Source: Minisyncoccia bacterium (GTDB lineage: Bacteria > Patescibacteriota > Minisyncoccia > Phycocordibacterales > PALSA-1337). From it: a stretch of 64,000 bases of DNA. Shown piece by piece: positions 10,254 to 18,644 of this stretch; positions within the stretch are counted from its first letter, which is position 1; each line of letters starts with the position of its first letter. The stretch covers positions 15,827-79,826 of the forward strand of contig JBGAUV010000001.1 of NCBI GenBank assembly GCA_044228445.1, written 5' to 3'. Both the position numbers and the translations under genes were made by a program. The notes beneath the pieces are model-generated. The model did not search any database and was not told where the DNA came from. It worked only from the letters and a program-made list of their open reading frames with translations.

Positions 10254-10432
10254 GATGATTTCTTTATACCTGGAATAACACCTTCATTTGCGAACTCTCT
10301 GAAACAAATACGACAAAGGTCAAAATCTCTCATATATCCATTCTTTCTACCACATCTAAAGCAACGACGAACAACCCTTGATTTGAACTTTGGGGCTTTC
10401 TTTGCTCTTGCTTTTACTGATGTCTTTGCCAT
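10247..10432 (-). CDS. rpsN: 30S ribosomal protein S14 (Zn-binding type Z)
   Basis: RCFRCGR...LCRICFRE..IPGIKKSSW. Confidence 0.98.
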   Translation of the reverse strand: MAKTSVKARAKKAPKFKSRVVRRCFRCGRKNGYMRDFDLCRICFREFANEGVIPGIKKSSW

Positions 10433-10439
10433 TTTTTAT

Positions 10440-10587
10440 TTTTATAAACAATTTTTATAAACAAACGAGGATTGGTTAGCTTGACCTTGCGGTATGGACT
10501 TCCAATCACTGTAACCTTCTATTTTTATCAACTCCTAACTTATTCCTAATGTGGAATTATACTATCAGATTGATAAAAAGAATGCAA
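10440..10587 (-). promoter_or_regulatory. internal spc-operon promoter and structured leader of rpsN-rpsH
   Basis: TTGCAT(10587-10582)-17-TG.TAGTAT; GCAA-capped hairpin 10507-10470. Confidence 0.55.
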
Positions 10588-10593
10588 GGATAT

Positions 10594-11154
10594 TTACTTT
10601 ACCCCTACCTTCTTGAATGGGAAACCTAAATATTCTAGAAAAGCTATAGTATCTTCTTTCTTTCTTGAAGAAACTACTATGTTAACACCCATACCGAATA
10701 CATCTCTTAGATCTTCATCTGAAGTTTCGGCAAATATAGTATGCTCTTTTATACCAAGACTGTAGTTACCCATTTCATCAATGGCTGTTCTTGAAATACC
10801 ACGAAAGTCTTTTGTACGAGGAAGAGCAATATTTATAAGACGATCGATAAAATCACACATTCTCTTTCCTCTTAGAGTTATTTGATATCCAACTGGATCA
10901 CCTTGGCGAACCTTAAATGTAGCAATAGATTTCTTTGCTCCTCTTAAAGCTGGCTTTTGACCCGTTATCTTTGCAAGACGATCTGCAATAAGTTCCATCT
11001 TCTTCTTATCTTTTAGTGAACCTATACCACAAGACACAACAACCTTTAACAATCTAGGTGCTTGCATCTTATTTTTAATATCAATCTTACCCTTTAGATT
11101 TTCAAAAGAGTTCTTATTAAGTTCATATGTATTTTTTACTGTTTCTTTTTTCAT
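10594..11154 (-). CDS. rplE: 50S ribosomal protein L5
   Basis: ITGQKP, KSIATFKVRQG, LPRTKDFRG. Confidence 0.98.
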   Translation of the reverse strand: MKKETVKNTYELNKNSFENLKGKIDIKNKMQAPRLLKVVVSCGIGSLKDKKKMELIADRLAKITGQKPALRGAKKSIATFKVRQGDPVGYQITLRGKRMCDFIDRLINIALPRTKDFRGISRTAIDEMGNYSLGIKEHTIFAETSDEDLRDVFGMGVNIVVSSRKKEDTIAFLEYLGFPFKKVGVK

Positions 11155-11176
11155 GTTTTTATTTCTACCTTATTCT

Positions 11177-11419
11177 CTATTTCTTTTTTCCTTTTTTGTA
11201 TTCAGATTCAAGTGCTACATTTGAAATATGTATTGGCATTGAAACCTCTACCAATTGACCCTTTTGTCCTTTCTGACGAGGCTTTTGATGTTTCTTTACT
11301 ATATTTAGTCCTGATACGATAAGCTTATCTTGTTTTGGAAGCATTTTTAAAACCTTTCCAGTTTTACCCTTATCTTTTCCTACTAAAACTATTACATTGT
11401 TGTCTTTCTTGATATTCAT
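11177..11419 (-). CDS. rplX: 50S ribosomal protein L24 (short)
   Basis: [17 protein letters not shown]. Confidence 0.96.
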   Translation of the reverse strand: MNIKKDNNVIVLVGKDKGKTGKVLKMLPKQDKLIVSGLNIVKKHQKPRQKGQKGQLVEVSMPIHISNVALESEYKKGKKK

Positions 11420-11425
11420 ATATTT

Positions 11426-11797
11426 TTATACTATTTCTGGTGCACGTGAAGCGATAGTTTGAAAACCCTCTTCAGCTATTTCTCTTGGTATTGGACCGAA
11501 TATACGTCCGGCTATTGGCTCCTTTTTACCCTTTTCTAAAATAACTACTGCATTTTCATCAAACTTTATATAAGATCCATCCTTTCTTCTATAAGGTTGA
11601 ACTTGTCTAACTACAACAGCTTGTAGAACATCCTTTTTCTTTATAGACTTTCTTGGTTCTGCTTTTTGTACAGAAAGAACAACAAGATCACCGATCATTG
11701 CATATCTTTTCTTTGAGCTTCCTAGTACCTTGAAAATACGGCCTATTTTTGCTCCGCAATTATCTGTTATTCTTACTATTGAACGTGGCTGTATCAT
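11426..11797 (-). CDS. rplN: 50S ribosomal protein L14
   Basis: DNCGAK, DGSYIKFDENAVV, RIFGPIPRE. Confidence 0.98.
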   Translation of the reverse strand: MIQPRSIVRITDNCGAKIGRIFKVLGSSKKRYAMIGDLVVLSVQKAEPRKSIKKKDVLQAVVVRQVQPYRRKDGSYIKFDENAVVILEKGKKEPIAGRIFGPIPREIAEEGFQTIASRAPEIV

Positions 11798-11815
11798 TGA
11801 AGTTTATTTAAATTA

Positions 11816-12079
11816 TTATTCTGCAATCTTAAAAGACTTATGTCTTGAAATTGGTCTGCATGATTCGATTATTACTTTATCACCAATCTTCTTTGTATTT
11901 CCAGCATCATGAACCTTATATCTCTTTCTTAGTTTCATGTACTTTTGATACTTAGGATCTTTAACAAATCTCTCGACCACTACAACAACAGTGTCTTTCA
12001 TTTTATCAGACACAACAACCCCAGAAAATCTCTGTCTCTTTGGTGTTTCTATATTGTTTTGTGTTGTTTTTGTTTGCAT
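11816..12079 (-). CDS. rpsQ: 30S ribosomal protein S17
   Basis: GVVVSDKMKDT, ESCRPISRHK. Confidence 0.98.
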   Translation of the reverse strand: MQTKTTQNNIETPKRQRFSGVVVSDKMKDTVVVVVERFVKDPKYQKYMKLRKRYKVHDAGNTKKIGDKVIIESCRPISRHKSFKIAE

Positions 12080-12091
12080 TTTATTTATCCT

Positions 12092-12289
12092 TTACTTTAC
12101 TATTTCTGACTTATTTCTCATACCAATCTCAGTCATAATTCTAGCTATATCTTTCTTTAGTGTACCAGCTAGTTTTACATTCTTTGTTTTACTACCTGAT
12201 GAACCAAAACGGAAGTCACGTATAGCTACCCTCTTTTCGTTTATGAGTTTCTTCAAATCCTCTAATGTTTTATTCTTGTACTCTTTCAT
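12092..12289 (-). CDS. rpmC: 50S ribosomal protein L29
   Basis: KKDIARIMT; operon position. Confidence 0.93.
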   Translation of the reverse strand: MKEYKNKTLEDLKKLINEKRVAIRDFRFGSSGSKTKNVKLAGTLKKDIARIMTEIGMRNKSEIVK

Positions 12290-12298
12290 ATGTTTATA

Positions 12299-12730
12299 CT
12301 ATATTAGGTTACGATTTACAACTTTTGTCTTTACTGAAATCTTTGTACCAGCTTTTCTCAATGCTTCTGCGGCAACTGCATCTGTTACTCCATCAATTTC
12401 AAAAAGGATTCTTCCAGGTTTAACTTCTGCTACGAAACCTTGTGGATCTCCCTTTCCTTTACCAAGTTTTACTTCTGGTGGCTTTTGTGTAAAAGGTCTA
12501 TCAGGGAATATTCTTACCCAAACCTTACCGGATTTTGTAGCATAACGCGCCATAACCTTTCTAGCTGCTTCAATTTCATTTGAACTCAATCTTCCATATT
12601 TAAGAGCCTTTAGACCATAAGAACCGAAAGATAGGTCTACTCCACGTGTTTCAACAGTTGTAGCAAGCTTTTTTGCATTCTTGCGTCCTGTGTGCCACTT
12701 TCTGAATTTTACTTTTTTAGGGAAAAGCAT
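12299..12730 (-). CDS. rplP: 50S ribosomal protein L16
   Basis: MLFPKKVKFRK, IEAAR, WVRIFPD, GKGKG. Confidence 0.98.
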   Translation of the reverse strand: MLFPKKVKFRKWHTGRKNAKKLATTVETRGVDLSFGSYGLKALKYGRLSSNEIEAARKVMARYATKSGKVWVRIFPDRPFTQKPPEVKLGKGKGDPQGFVAEVKPGRILFEIDGVTDAVAAEALRKAGTKISVKTKVVNRNLI

Positions 12731-12741
12731 GGTAGTAAAAA

Positions 12742-13446
12742 TTATGATCTATTATTATTAACTTCTTTCTCTCGAGCAGATTTCAAATCCTTCTCGAAAA
12801 TTTGACCTTTATATATCCAAACCTTTATTCCTATACCTCCGTAGGTCATATTTGCTTTTTCACGAGCAAAATCAATATCTGCACGTAGTGTTTGAAGTGG
12901 AATACGTCCTCTCTTTAGGTCTTCTGTACGTGCCATATCTGCACCCCCAAGACGACCTCCTAGTTTTATCTTTACTCCCTGAACTTCTCTATTTGCCATT
13001 ACCTTTTCTATTGTCTGTTTCAAAACTCTTCTGAAAGGTAATCTTTTTTCTAAACCTTCAGCAACAATCATAGCCACAATAGCAGCATTTGCTTCTGGGT
13101 TTCTTATTTCTTCAATATCAAGCTTTAATTCTTGACCCATTAAATCAACTTTATTTTTCTTTAAAATAGCTAGTATTTTTTCTCTTAGCTTTACAACCCC
13201 GTCCCCGCTTCTTCCTATTATCATTCCAGGACGAGAAGTTCTGATTATCACTCTTAGTGACTTTTGATTTCTTTCAATTTGAACATCTGATAGATAAAAA
13301 GCTCTAAGTTCTTTTGTTAAAAATTGTCTTATTAGAAGATCGGCTTTTAGAGAATCTCTATAATCCTTATTCTGTCTAAACCAACGACTTTTCCAATCGC
13401 GTATAACTCCTAATCTATGTGAATATGGGTGGACTGATTTTGACAT
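12742..13446 (-). CDS. rpsC: 30S ribosomal protein S3
   Basis: RPGMIIG, GRLGGADMAR, PLQTLRADID. Confidence 0.98.
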   Translation of the reverse strand: MSKSVHPYSHRLGVIRDWKSRWFRQNKDYRDSLKADLLIRQFLTKELRAFYLSDVQIERNQKSLRVIIRTSRPGMIIGRSGDGVVKLREKILAILKKNKVDLMGQELKLDIEEIRNPEANAAIVAMIVAEGLEKRLPFRRVLKQTIEKVMANREVQGVKIKLGGRLGGADMARTEDLKRGRIPLQTLRADIDFAREKANMTYGGIGIKVWIYKGQIFEKDLKSAREKEVNNNRS

Positions 13447-13447
13447 G

Positions 13448-13861
13448 TTATTTTTGTTCTTTTTTAACCTTTACTGTTTCTTTTACTTCTTTTTTAACTT
13501 CGGTTGTTTTCTTTGTCTTTGAAGCTTTTTCTACCTTTGGAACAAGAGTAATATTTACGTGGCTTGTTCTCTTATTTATTCTATATGCCATTCCACGAGC
13601 ACGAGGCATATTTCTCTTTAAAATAAGTCCACCATCAACTCTTACATCCTTTACTATAAGATTTTCCTTATCCATATTAAAATTATTCTTTGCATTTGAA
13701 ACTGCTGAAGCTAAAAGAGCATATAGTGGATCTCCTGCCTTCTTATTTATATGTGCAAGTGTGTCCAAAGCATAAGTCACAGGTTTACCCTTTATTAGAT
13801 TTGCCACGCCTCGCATTTTACGTGGTGATTGTCTGTAGTTTTTTAGTGAAGCGTTTATCAT
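13448..13861 (-). CDS. rplV: 50S ribosomal protein L22 (Lys/Glu-rich C-terminal tail)
   Basis: RQSPRKMR, PRARG, KRTSHV. Confidence 0.98.
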   Translation of the reverse strand: MINASLKNYRQSPRKMRGVANLIKGKPVTYALDTLAHINKKAGDPLYALLASAVSNAKNNFNMDKENLIVKDVRVDGGLILKRNMPRARGMAYRINKRTSHVNITLVPKVEKASKTKKTTEVKKEVKETVKVKKEQK

Positions 13862-13875
13862 GGGTGTTTATTAAA

Positions 13876-14220
13876 TTATTTTTTTGGTGTAGCTACTGCA
13901 TCCTTTGCGGCTTTTGCAGCATTAACTTCAGCCTCTTTAGCTTTCATTTCAAGCTCTTTTTGCATCTTACCTCCATGTCTAATAAATTTCTTTGTAGGAG
14001 AAAATTCACCGAGGCGGTGTCCTACCATTTCCTCGGTTACTAAAACATCAATATGTTGCTTTCCATTATAAACACCAAAAATAAAACCTACCATCTCAGG
14101 TGAAATTTGGCTTCTTCTGTACCATGTTTTAATAACCCCAGTTTCAATTGGTTTTTTTCCTGCAATCTTCTTTAGAAGTCGCTCTTCGATATATGGTCCT
14201 TTTTTTAGTGATCGTGACAT
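13876..14220 (-). CDS. rpsS: 30S ribosomal protein S19
   Basis: [22 protein letters not shown]. Confidence 0.98.
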   Translation of the reverse strand: MSRSLKKGPYIEERLLKKIAGKKPIETGVIKTWYRRSQISPEMVGFIFGVYNGKQHIDVLVTEEMVGHRLGEFSPTKKFIRHGGKMQKELEMKAKEAEVNAAKAAKDAVATPKK

Positions 14221-14273
14221 ATTTTTTTCTGTTTGAAGTCTTCAAATACTAGCAAAATCTTGATTAAAGTCAA
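14221..14273 (-). promoter_or_regulatory. internal S10-operon promoter upstream of rpsS
   Basis: TTGACT(14273-14268)-16-TG.TAGTAT(14251-14246). Confidence 0.55.
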
Positions 14274-14291
14274 GAAAATGCTTTATTTTAT

Positions 14292-15149
14292 CTATACATT
14301 TTCTGCTGAAGCTTTCTTTCCGACCTTTCTTCTTGAAACAATAAACACATTTGAATACTTCTTTGGTGTTCTTGTCTTTTGACCCTTACCTGCTGGCTTA
14401 CCCCAACGAGTCTTTAGTCTACGTAGACCTCTTCCTGTTCTCTGTTCTCCTCCTCCGTATGGGTGGTCCACTGGGTTTTGAGCAGAACCTCTAACAGTAG
14501 GACGTATACCAAGCCAACGAGAACGTCCTGCTTTACCAATATTTACAAGACGTGATTCTTCATTTGAAACCGTACCAACTGTAGCCCAAGCAGTTTCATG
14601 AACTTTTCTAACTTCAGTTGAAGGAAGTTTAAGGTGAGTATACCCAGCATCGTTTGCAATAACTTGAGCAAATGTACCAGCTGATCTAACAAGTTTTGCT
14701 CCGCCAAGAGGCTTTACTTCTATATTGTATACAAAAGTTCCAACCGGAATTTTCTTTAGAGGAAGTCTATTTCCTGTCTCAATAAGTGCATTTTCAGAAA
14801 CAATAAATGAATCACCCACCTTCATTGTCTTTGGTACTAGAATATATCTTCTTTCACCATCTTCATATTGAACAAGAGCAATATACCCAGTTCTAAATGG
14901 ATCATACTCAACAGTCTTTATAATAGCCTTCATATTTTTCTTATTGTAGAAAAAGTCTATTTCTCTGTATAGCTTTTTATGGCCACCTCCTTGGTGTCTA
15001 ACTGTGATACGTCCCTGACTGTTTCTTCCAACGTCTCTTTTCATTCCCTTTGTAAGAGGTTTATAAGGTGAAGACGTAGTCAAATACTTCTTGAAAGGAA
15101 GTGTTGTCATATGACGTCTTGATGGTGTTGTTGGGTGATAATGTTTCAT
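14292..15149 (-). CDS. rplB: 50S ribosomal protein L2
   Basis: GRITVRHQGGG, EYDPFR, GKAGRSRW, NPVDHPYGGGE. Confidence 0.98.
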   Translation of the reverse strand: MKHYHPTTPSRRHMTTLPFKKYLTTSSPYKPLTKGMKRDVGRNSQGRITVRHQGGGHKKLYREIDFFYNKKNMKAIIKTVEYDPFRTGYIALVQYEDGERRYILVPKTMKVGDSFIVSENALIETGNRLPLKKIPVGTFVYNIEVKPLGGAKLVRSAGTFAQVIANDAGYTHLKLPSTEVRKVHETAWATVGTVSNEESRLVNIGKAGRSRWLGIRPTVRGSAQNPVDHPYGGGEQRTGRGLRRLKTRWGKPAGKGQKTRTPKKYSNVFIVSRRKVGKKASAENV

Positions 15150-15167
15150 ATATTTATAAAATGTTTA

Positions 15168-15587
15168 TTATGCAATTTCTATCTTATCTCCCTTTTTGAG
15201 ATAAACTAGTGCTTTCTTTATTGAAGACTGTGTTCCATATCTTCCTCTAACTATAACTGTCTTTGCTGGTAAATGTATAGTTCTCACTTTGATTGGAGTT
15301 ACCTTATACATATCCTTTATAGCCTTTGATATTTCTGACTTTGTTGCATCTTTTGTAACTTCAAATGTATATACATTTTGTGATTCAATAGAAAGTCCTG
15401 CTTTTTCTGTTATTCTAGGTCGTAAAATAACATCTTTTTTTACAATAGTGTTTGTATTTACTCTTTCAGCAATAGCTTTTGTAGCTGGCTTCTTAACAAC
15501 CTTTGCTTTTGTAGTAGTTTTCTTTACTGTATCCTTAACAGCTTCTACTTTCTTTTCTGTATTCTTTTTTAGTCCAAATAATGCCAT
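15168..15587 (-). CDS. rplW: 50S ribosomal protein L23 with N-terminal extension
   Basis: RPRITEKA, YTFEV, KKALVYLK. Confidence 0.96.
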   Translation of the reverse strand: MALFGLKKNTEKKVEAVKDTVKKTTTKAKVVKKPATKAIAERVNTNTIVKKDVILRPRITEKAGLSIESQNVYTFEVTKDATKSEISKAIKDMYKVTPIKVRTIHLPAKTVIVRGRYGTQSSIKKALVYLKKGDKIEIA

Positions 15588-15591
15588 ATAT

Positions 15592-16275
15592 TTATTTATT
15601 AAAATTCTTTAGAGTTTCATTTGGATTAACAATAACTAAATACTTATGATTTAGTAATGAAACTGGGTTAATATTTCTAAATTCTTCAACTGAAATATTT
15701 CCAAAGTTTCCAAAACTCTTATTTACATTTACTGACCTCTTATCCATAGCAATTATGGCAACGTTCTTTGGTTTTGTTGAGAATTTTTCAAAACCCTTTA
15801 TTTTTCCAAATGACTCAACTACTAGTTTTGCATCTTTTGTTTTTGGTTTATCAAATGATATTGAATCAACAAACAATAATTCACCATCTTTTAATTTTCT
15901 AGAAAGAATAGTGTAAAGAGCTTTTGATTTTGTCTTTTTATTTACTTTTCTATCATAATTCTTATCATTTCTTGGTCCATGAGCAACACCTCCACCAACC
16001 CATATAGGTGAACGAGTAGAACCATGACGAGCACGTCCTGTACCCTTTTGTTGCCAAGGCTTCTTACCTCCTCCACTTACTTCTCCACGAGTTTTTGTAT
16101 GTGCAATTGGATCTCTACTTGTAGACATCATTGAAACAACAACACTATGAACTAGGTCGGCATTCCAAGGTAAACCAAATACATCTTTAGGAAGAGTTAA
16201 CTTTCCTATTTCTTCACCTCTTTGATTATGCAATTTTGTTTCCATTTTTGTTTCCATGTTTTTTCTTTCTATCAT
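15592..16275 (-). CDS. rplD: 50S ribosomal protein L4
   Basis: KPWQQKGTGRARHGS, GGGVAHGP. Confidence 0.98.
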   Translation of the reverse strand: MIERKNMETKMETKLHNQRGEEIGKLTLPKDVFGLPWNADLVHSVVVSMMSTSRDPIAHTKTRGEVSGGGKKPWQQKGTGRARHGSTRSPIWVGGGVAHGPRNDKNYDRKVNKKTKSKALYTILSRKLKDGELLFVDSISFDKPKTKDAKLVVESFGKIKGFEKFSTKPKNVAIIAMDKRSVNVNKSFGNFGNISVEEFRNINPVSLLNHKYLVIVNPNETLKNFNK

Positions 16276-16277
16276 TT

Positions 16278-16883
16278 TTATCCAACTATTTCAACCAGTG
16301 TTCCCCTTTTACCTGGAATTGCACCTGATATGTACATAATGTTTGCACTTGGATCAACGTGAAGAACTCTTAAATTCTTTATTGTTACTCTATCGCTACC
16401 CATTCTTCCGGCCATTCTCATCTTTTTTGGAACCTTATTTCTAAGACCTCCTCCAATAGATCCCGGTTCTCTTTCTGAGTGCTTTTGTCCGTGTGTTCTA
16501 GGTCCTCCTCCGAAACCATGTCTCTTAACTACCCCTTGGAAACCTTTTCCTTTTGATATTGCACTAACCTCTATAGCATCACCTTGTTTGAATTGATTTA
16601 GATCAATTTTATCACCCACTTTATTATTTACTTCATTTACTCTAAATTCGCGTAGTGAAGCAAAAGCTCCAAGATCTTTCATATGACCTTTCATAGCTTT
16701 ATTTATTCTTTCAGCCTTCTTTACACCACTTGCAACTTGTACAGCATTATAACCGTCGGTTTCTTTTGTTTTGACTTGTGTTACAACAATAGGACTAACT
16801 TCAACAAGAGTAGTAGGATGAACTACACCTTCATTATCGAAGATTTGTGTCATATTTAACTTTCGTCCAAGAATAAATTTCAT
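16278..16883 (-). CDS. rplC: 50S ribosomal protein L3
   Basis: DGYNAVQ, SKGKGFQGVVKRH, PGSIG. Confidence 0.98.
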   Translation of the reverse strand: MKFILGRKLNMTQIFDNEGVVHPTTLVEVSPIVVTQVKTKETDGYNAVQVASGVKKAERINKAMKGHMKDLGAFASLREFRVNEVNNKVGDKIDLNQFKQGDAIEVSAISKGKGFQGVVKRHGFGGGPRTHGQKHSEREPGSIGGGLRNKVPKKMRMAGRMGSDRVTIKNLRVLHVDPSANIMYISGAIPGKRGTLVEIVG

Positions 16884-16906
16884 TGCAGTATTAATTAATC
16901 TAATGA

Positions 16907-17287
16907 TTACATCATTTTTACATCGATATTAACTCCCCCAGGTAAACTAAGGTTTGTTAAAGCTTCAATGATTTTCTGATTTGGGTTTATTATATCTATA
17001 ATTCTCTTATGAACTCTCATTTCGAATTGTTCACGAGTATTCTTATATACGAATGCAGCTCTGTTTACTGTATATTTCTTAATTTCAGTAGGTAAAGGTA
17101 TAGGACCATAGAACTTCATATCGTATCTAATAGCTGTATCCATTATTTGCTTCAAAGAAGCATCAAGAATTTTGTGCTCATAAGCACGAACACGTATACG
17201 AAGTCTTGCTCCATCACCTTCAACTGGTGCTTTTGCAGTCTTTGGACGTGTTACTTTCTTTTTTACTTCTTTTGTAGCAGTAGTCAT
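16907..17287 (-). CDS. rpsJ: 30S ribosomal protein S10
   Basis: GPIPLPT, REQFEMRVHKR. Confidence 0.98.
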   Translation of the reverse strand: MTTATKEVKKKVTRPKTAKAPVEGDGARLRIRVRAYEHKILDASLKQIMDTAIRYDMKFYGPIPLPTEIKKYTVNRAAFVYKNTREQFEMRVHKRIIDIINPNQKIIEALTNLSLPGGVNIDVKMM

Positions 17288-17296
17288 AGGATTATA

Positions 17297-18481
17297 TTAA
17301 GCAACTATCTTTGTTATAACTCCGGCACCCACAGTCTTACCTCCTTCACGAATAGCAAATCTTTGCTTATCTTCTAGAGCAACTGGTGCTACTAGCTTTA
17401 CCTTGAATGTAACTGTATCTCCTGGCATAACCATTTCTACTCCTGTTGCTAGAGTAACTTCTCCAGTAACATCTGTTGTTCTTATGTAGAACTGAGGCTT
17501 ATAACCTGTGAAGAATGGTGTGTGACGTCCTCCTTCTTCCTTCTTTAGGATGTAAACTTCTGCTTCGAATTCTGTGTGAGGCTTTACTGAACCTGGCTTT
17601 GCTAGAACCATACCACGAGTAACATCATCCTTTGATGTACCTCTTAGTAGAAGACCAGCATTGTCCCCGGCAATAGCTTCTTTTAGAGACTTATTGAACA
17701 TTTCTATGAATGTAACAACTGTTTTTGAAGTTTCTCTGAAACCTAGGATTTCTACTTCTTCGTTTACCTTTAGTACCCCTCTTTCTACACGTCCTGTTAC
17801 TACAGTACCACGACCTTCAATTGAGAATATATCTTCTATAGGCATTAGGAAAGGCTTATCTACTTCACGAACTGGGTTTGGAATATAAGTATCAAGAGCG
17901 TTCATAAGATCCTTGATTTTTGCTACCCATTCAGCATCACCTTCTAGAGCCTTTAGAGCAGAACCACGAATAACTGGAGCTTCTTTTCCGTCGAAACCAT
18001 TCTTTGTAAGAAGTTCACGCACTTCTTCTTCAACTAGGTCAATAAGGTCTTTTTCAGGAACCATATCACACTTGTTTAGGAAAACTACAACTCTTGGAAC
18101 ACCAACTTGCTTTGCAAGAAGAATATGCTCTCTTGTTTGTGGCATAACTCCATCTTGTGCTGATACTACTAGAATAGCACCGTCCATTTGAGCGGCACCT
18201 GTAATCATGTTCTTTATGTAGTCAGCGTGTCCTGGTGCATCGATGTGAGCATAGTGACGATTTGCTGTTTCGTATTCTACGTGAGCAAGAGAAATAGTAA
18301 CGATTTTTGATGCATCTCTTACTGTACCTCCCTTTGCAATATCAGAATAAGCCTTGTTTTGAGCAAGACCGTCCTTTGCTTGAACAGCTAGGATAGAAGT
18401 AGTAAGTGTTGTTTTTCCGTGGTCAACGTGACCGATTGTACCAACGTTTACATGAAGCTTTGTACGATTGAATTCTGCCAT
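17297..18481 (-). CDS. tuf: elongation factor Tu
   Basis: [41 protein letters not shown]. Confidence 0.99.
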   Translation of the reverse strand: MAEFNRTKLHVNVGTIGHVDHGKTTLTTSILAVQAKDGLAQNKAYSDIAKGGTVRDASKIVTISLAHVEYETANRHYAHIDAPGHADYIKNMITGAAQMDGAILVVSAQDGVMPQTREHILLAKQVGVPRVVVFLNKCDMVPEKDLIDLVEEEVRELLTKNGFDGKEAPVIRGSALKALEGDAEWVAKIKDLMNALDTYIPNPVREVDKPFLMPIEDIFSIEGRGTVVTGRVERGVLKVNEEVEILGFRETSKTVVTFIEMFNKSLKEAIAGDNAGLLLRGTSKDDVTRGMVLAKPGSVKPHTEFEAEVYILKKEEGGRHTPFFTGYKPQFYIRTTDVTGEVTLATGVEMVMPGDTVTFKVKLVAPVALEDKQRFAIREGGKTVGAGVITKIVA

Positions 18482-18625
18482 ATGATTTTAGTGCTTTAGT
18501 CCTTTTTCAATTGGGCGTGAAAGCCAGTTGAAGCAAGACTAAAGATAAATTGTTAATTAATAAGTAATGAACGCAAAGAAAAATGCGTATTGGCTATAGT
18601 AGCATGATAGCTATTTTAAAGTCAA
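18482..18625 (-). promoter_or_regulatory. tuf-S10 promoter and hairpin leader
   Basis: TTGACT(18625)..TG.TACTAT(18601-18596); long hairpin CTTTAGTC...GACTAAAG 18544-18494. Confidence 0.55.
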
Positions 18626-18644
18626 ATATATGTATTAATATATC

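Noticed and set aside
7830-18191. Plus-strand ORFs antisense to ribosomal protein genes and tuf (e.g. 7830, 11991, 13419, 15289, 17661)
   Set aside because: Shadow frames of well-identified genes
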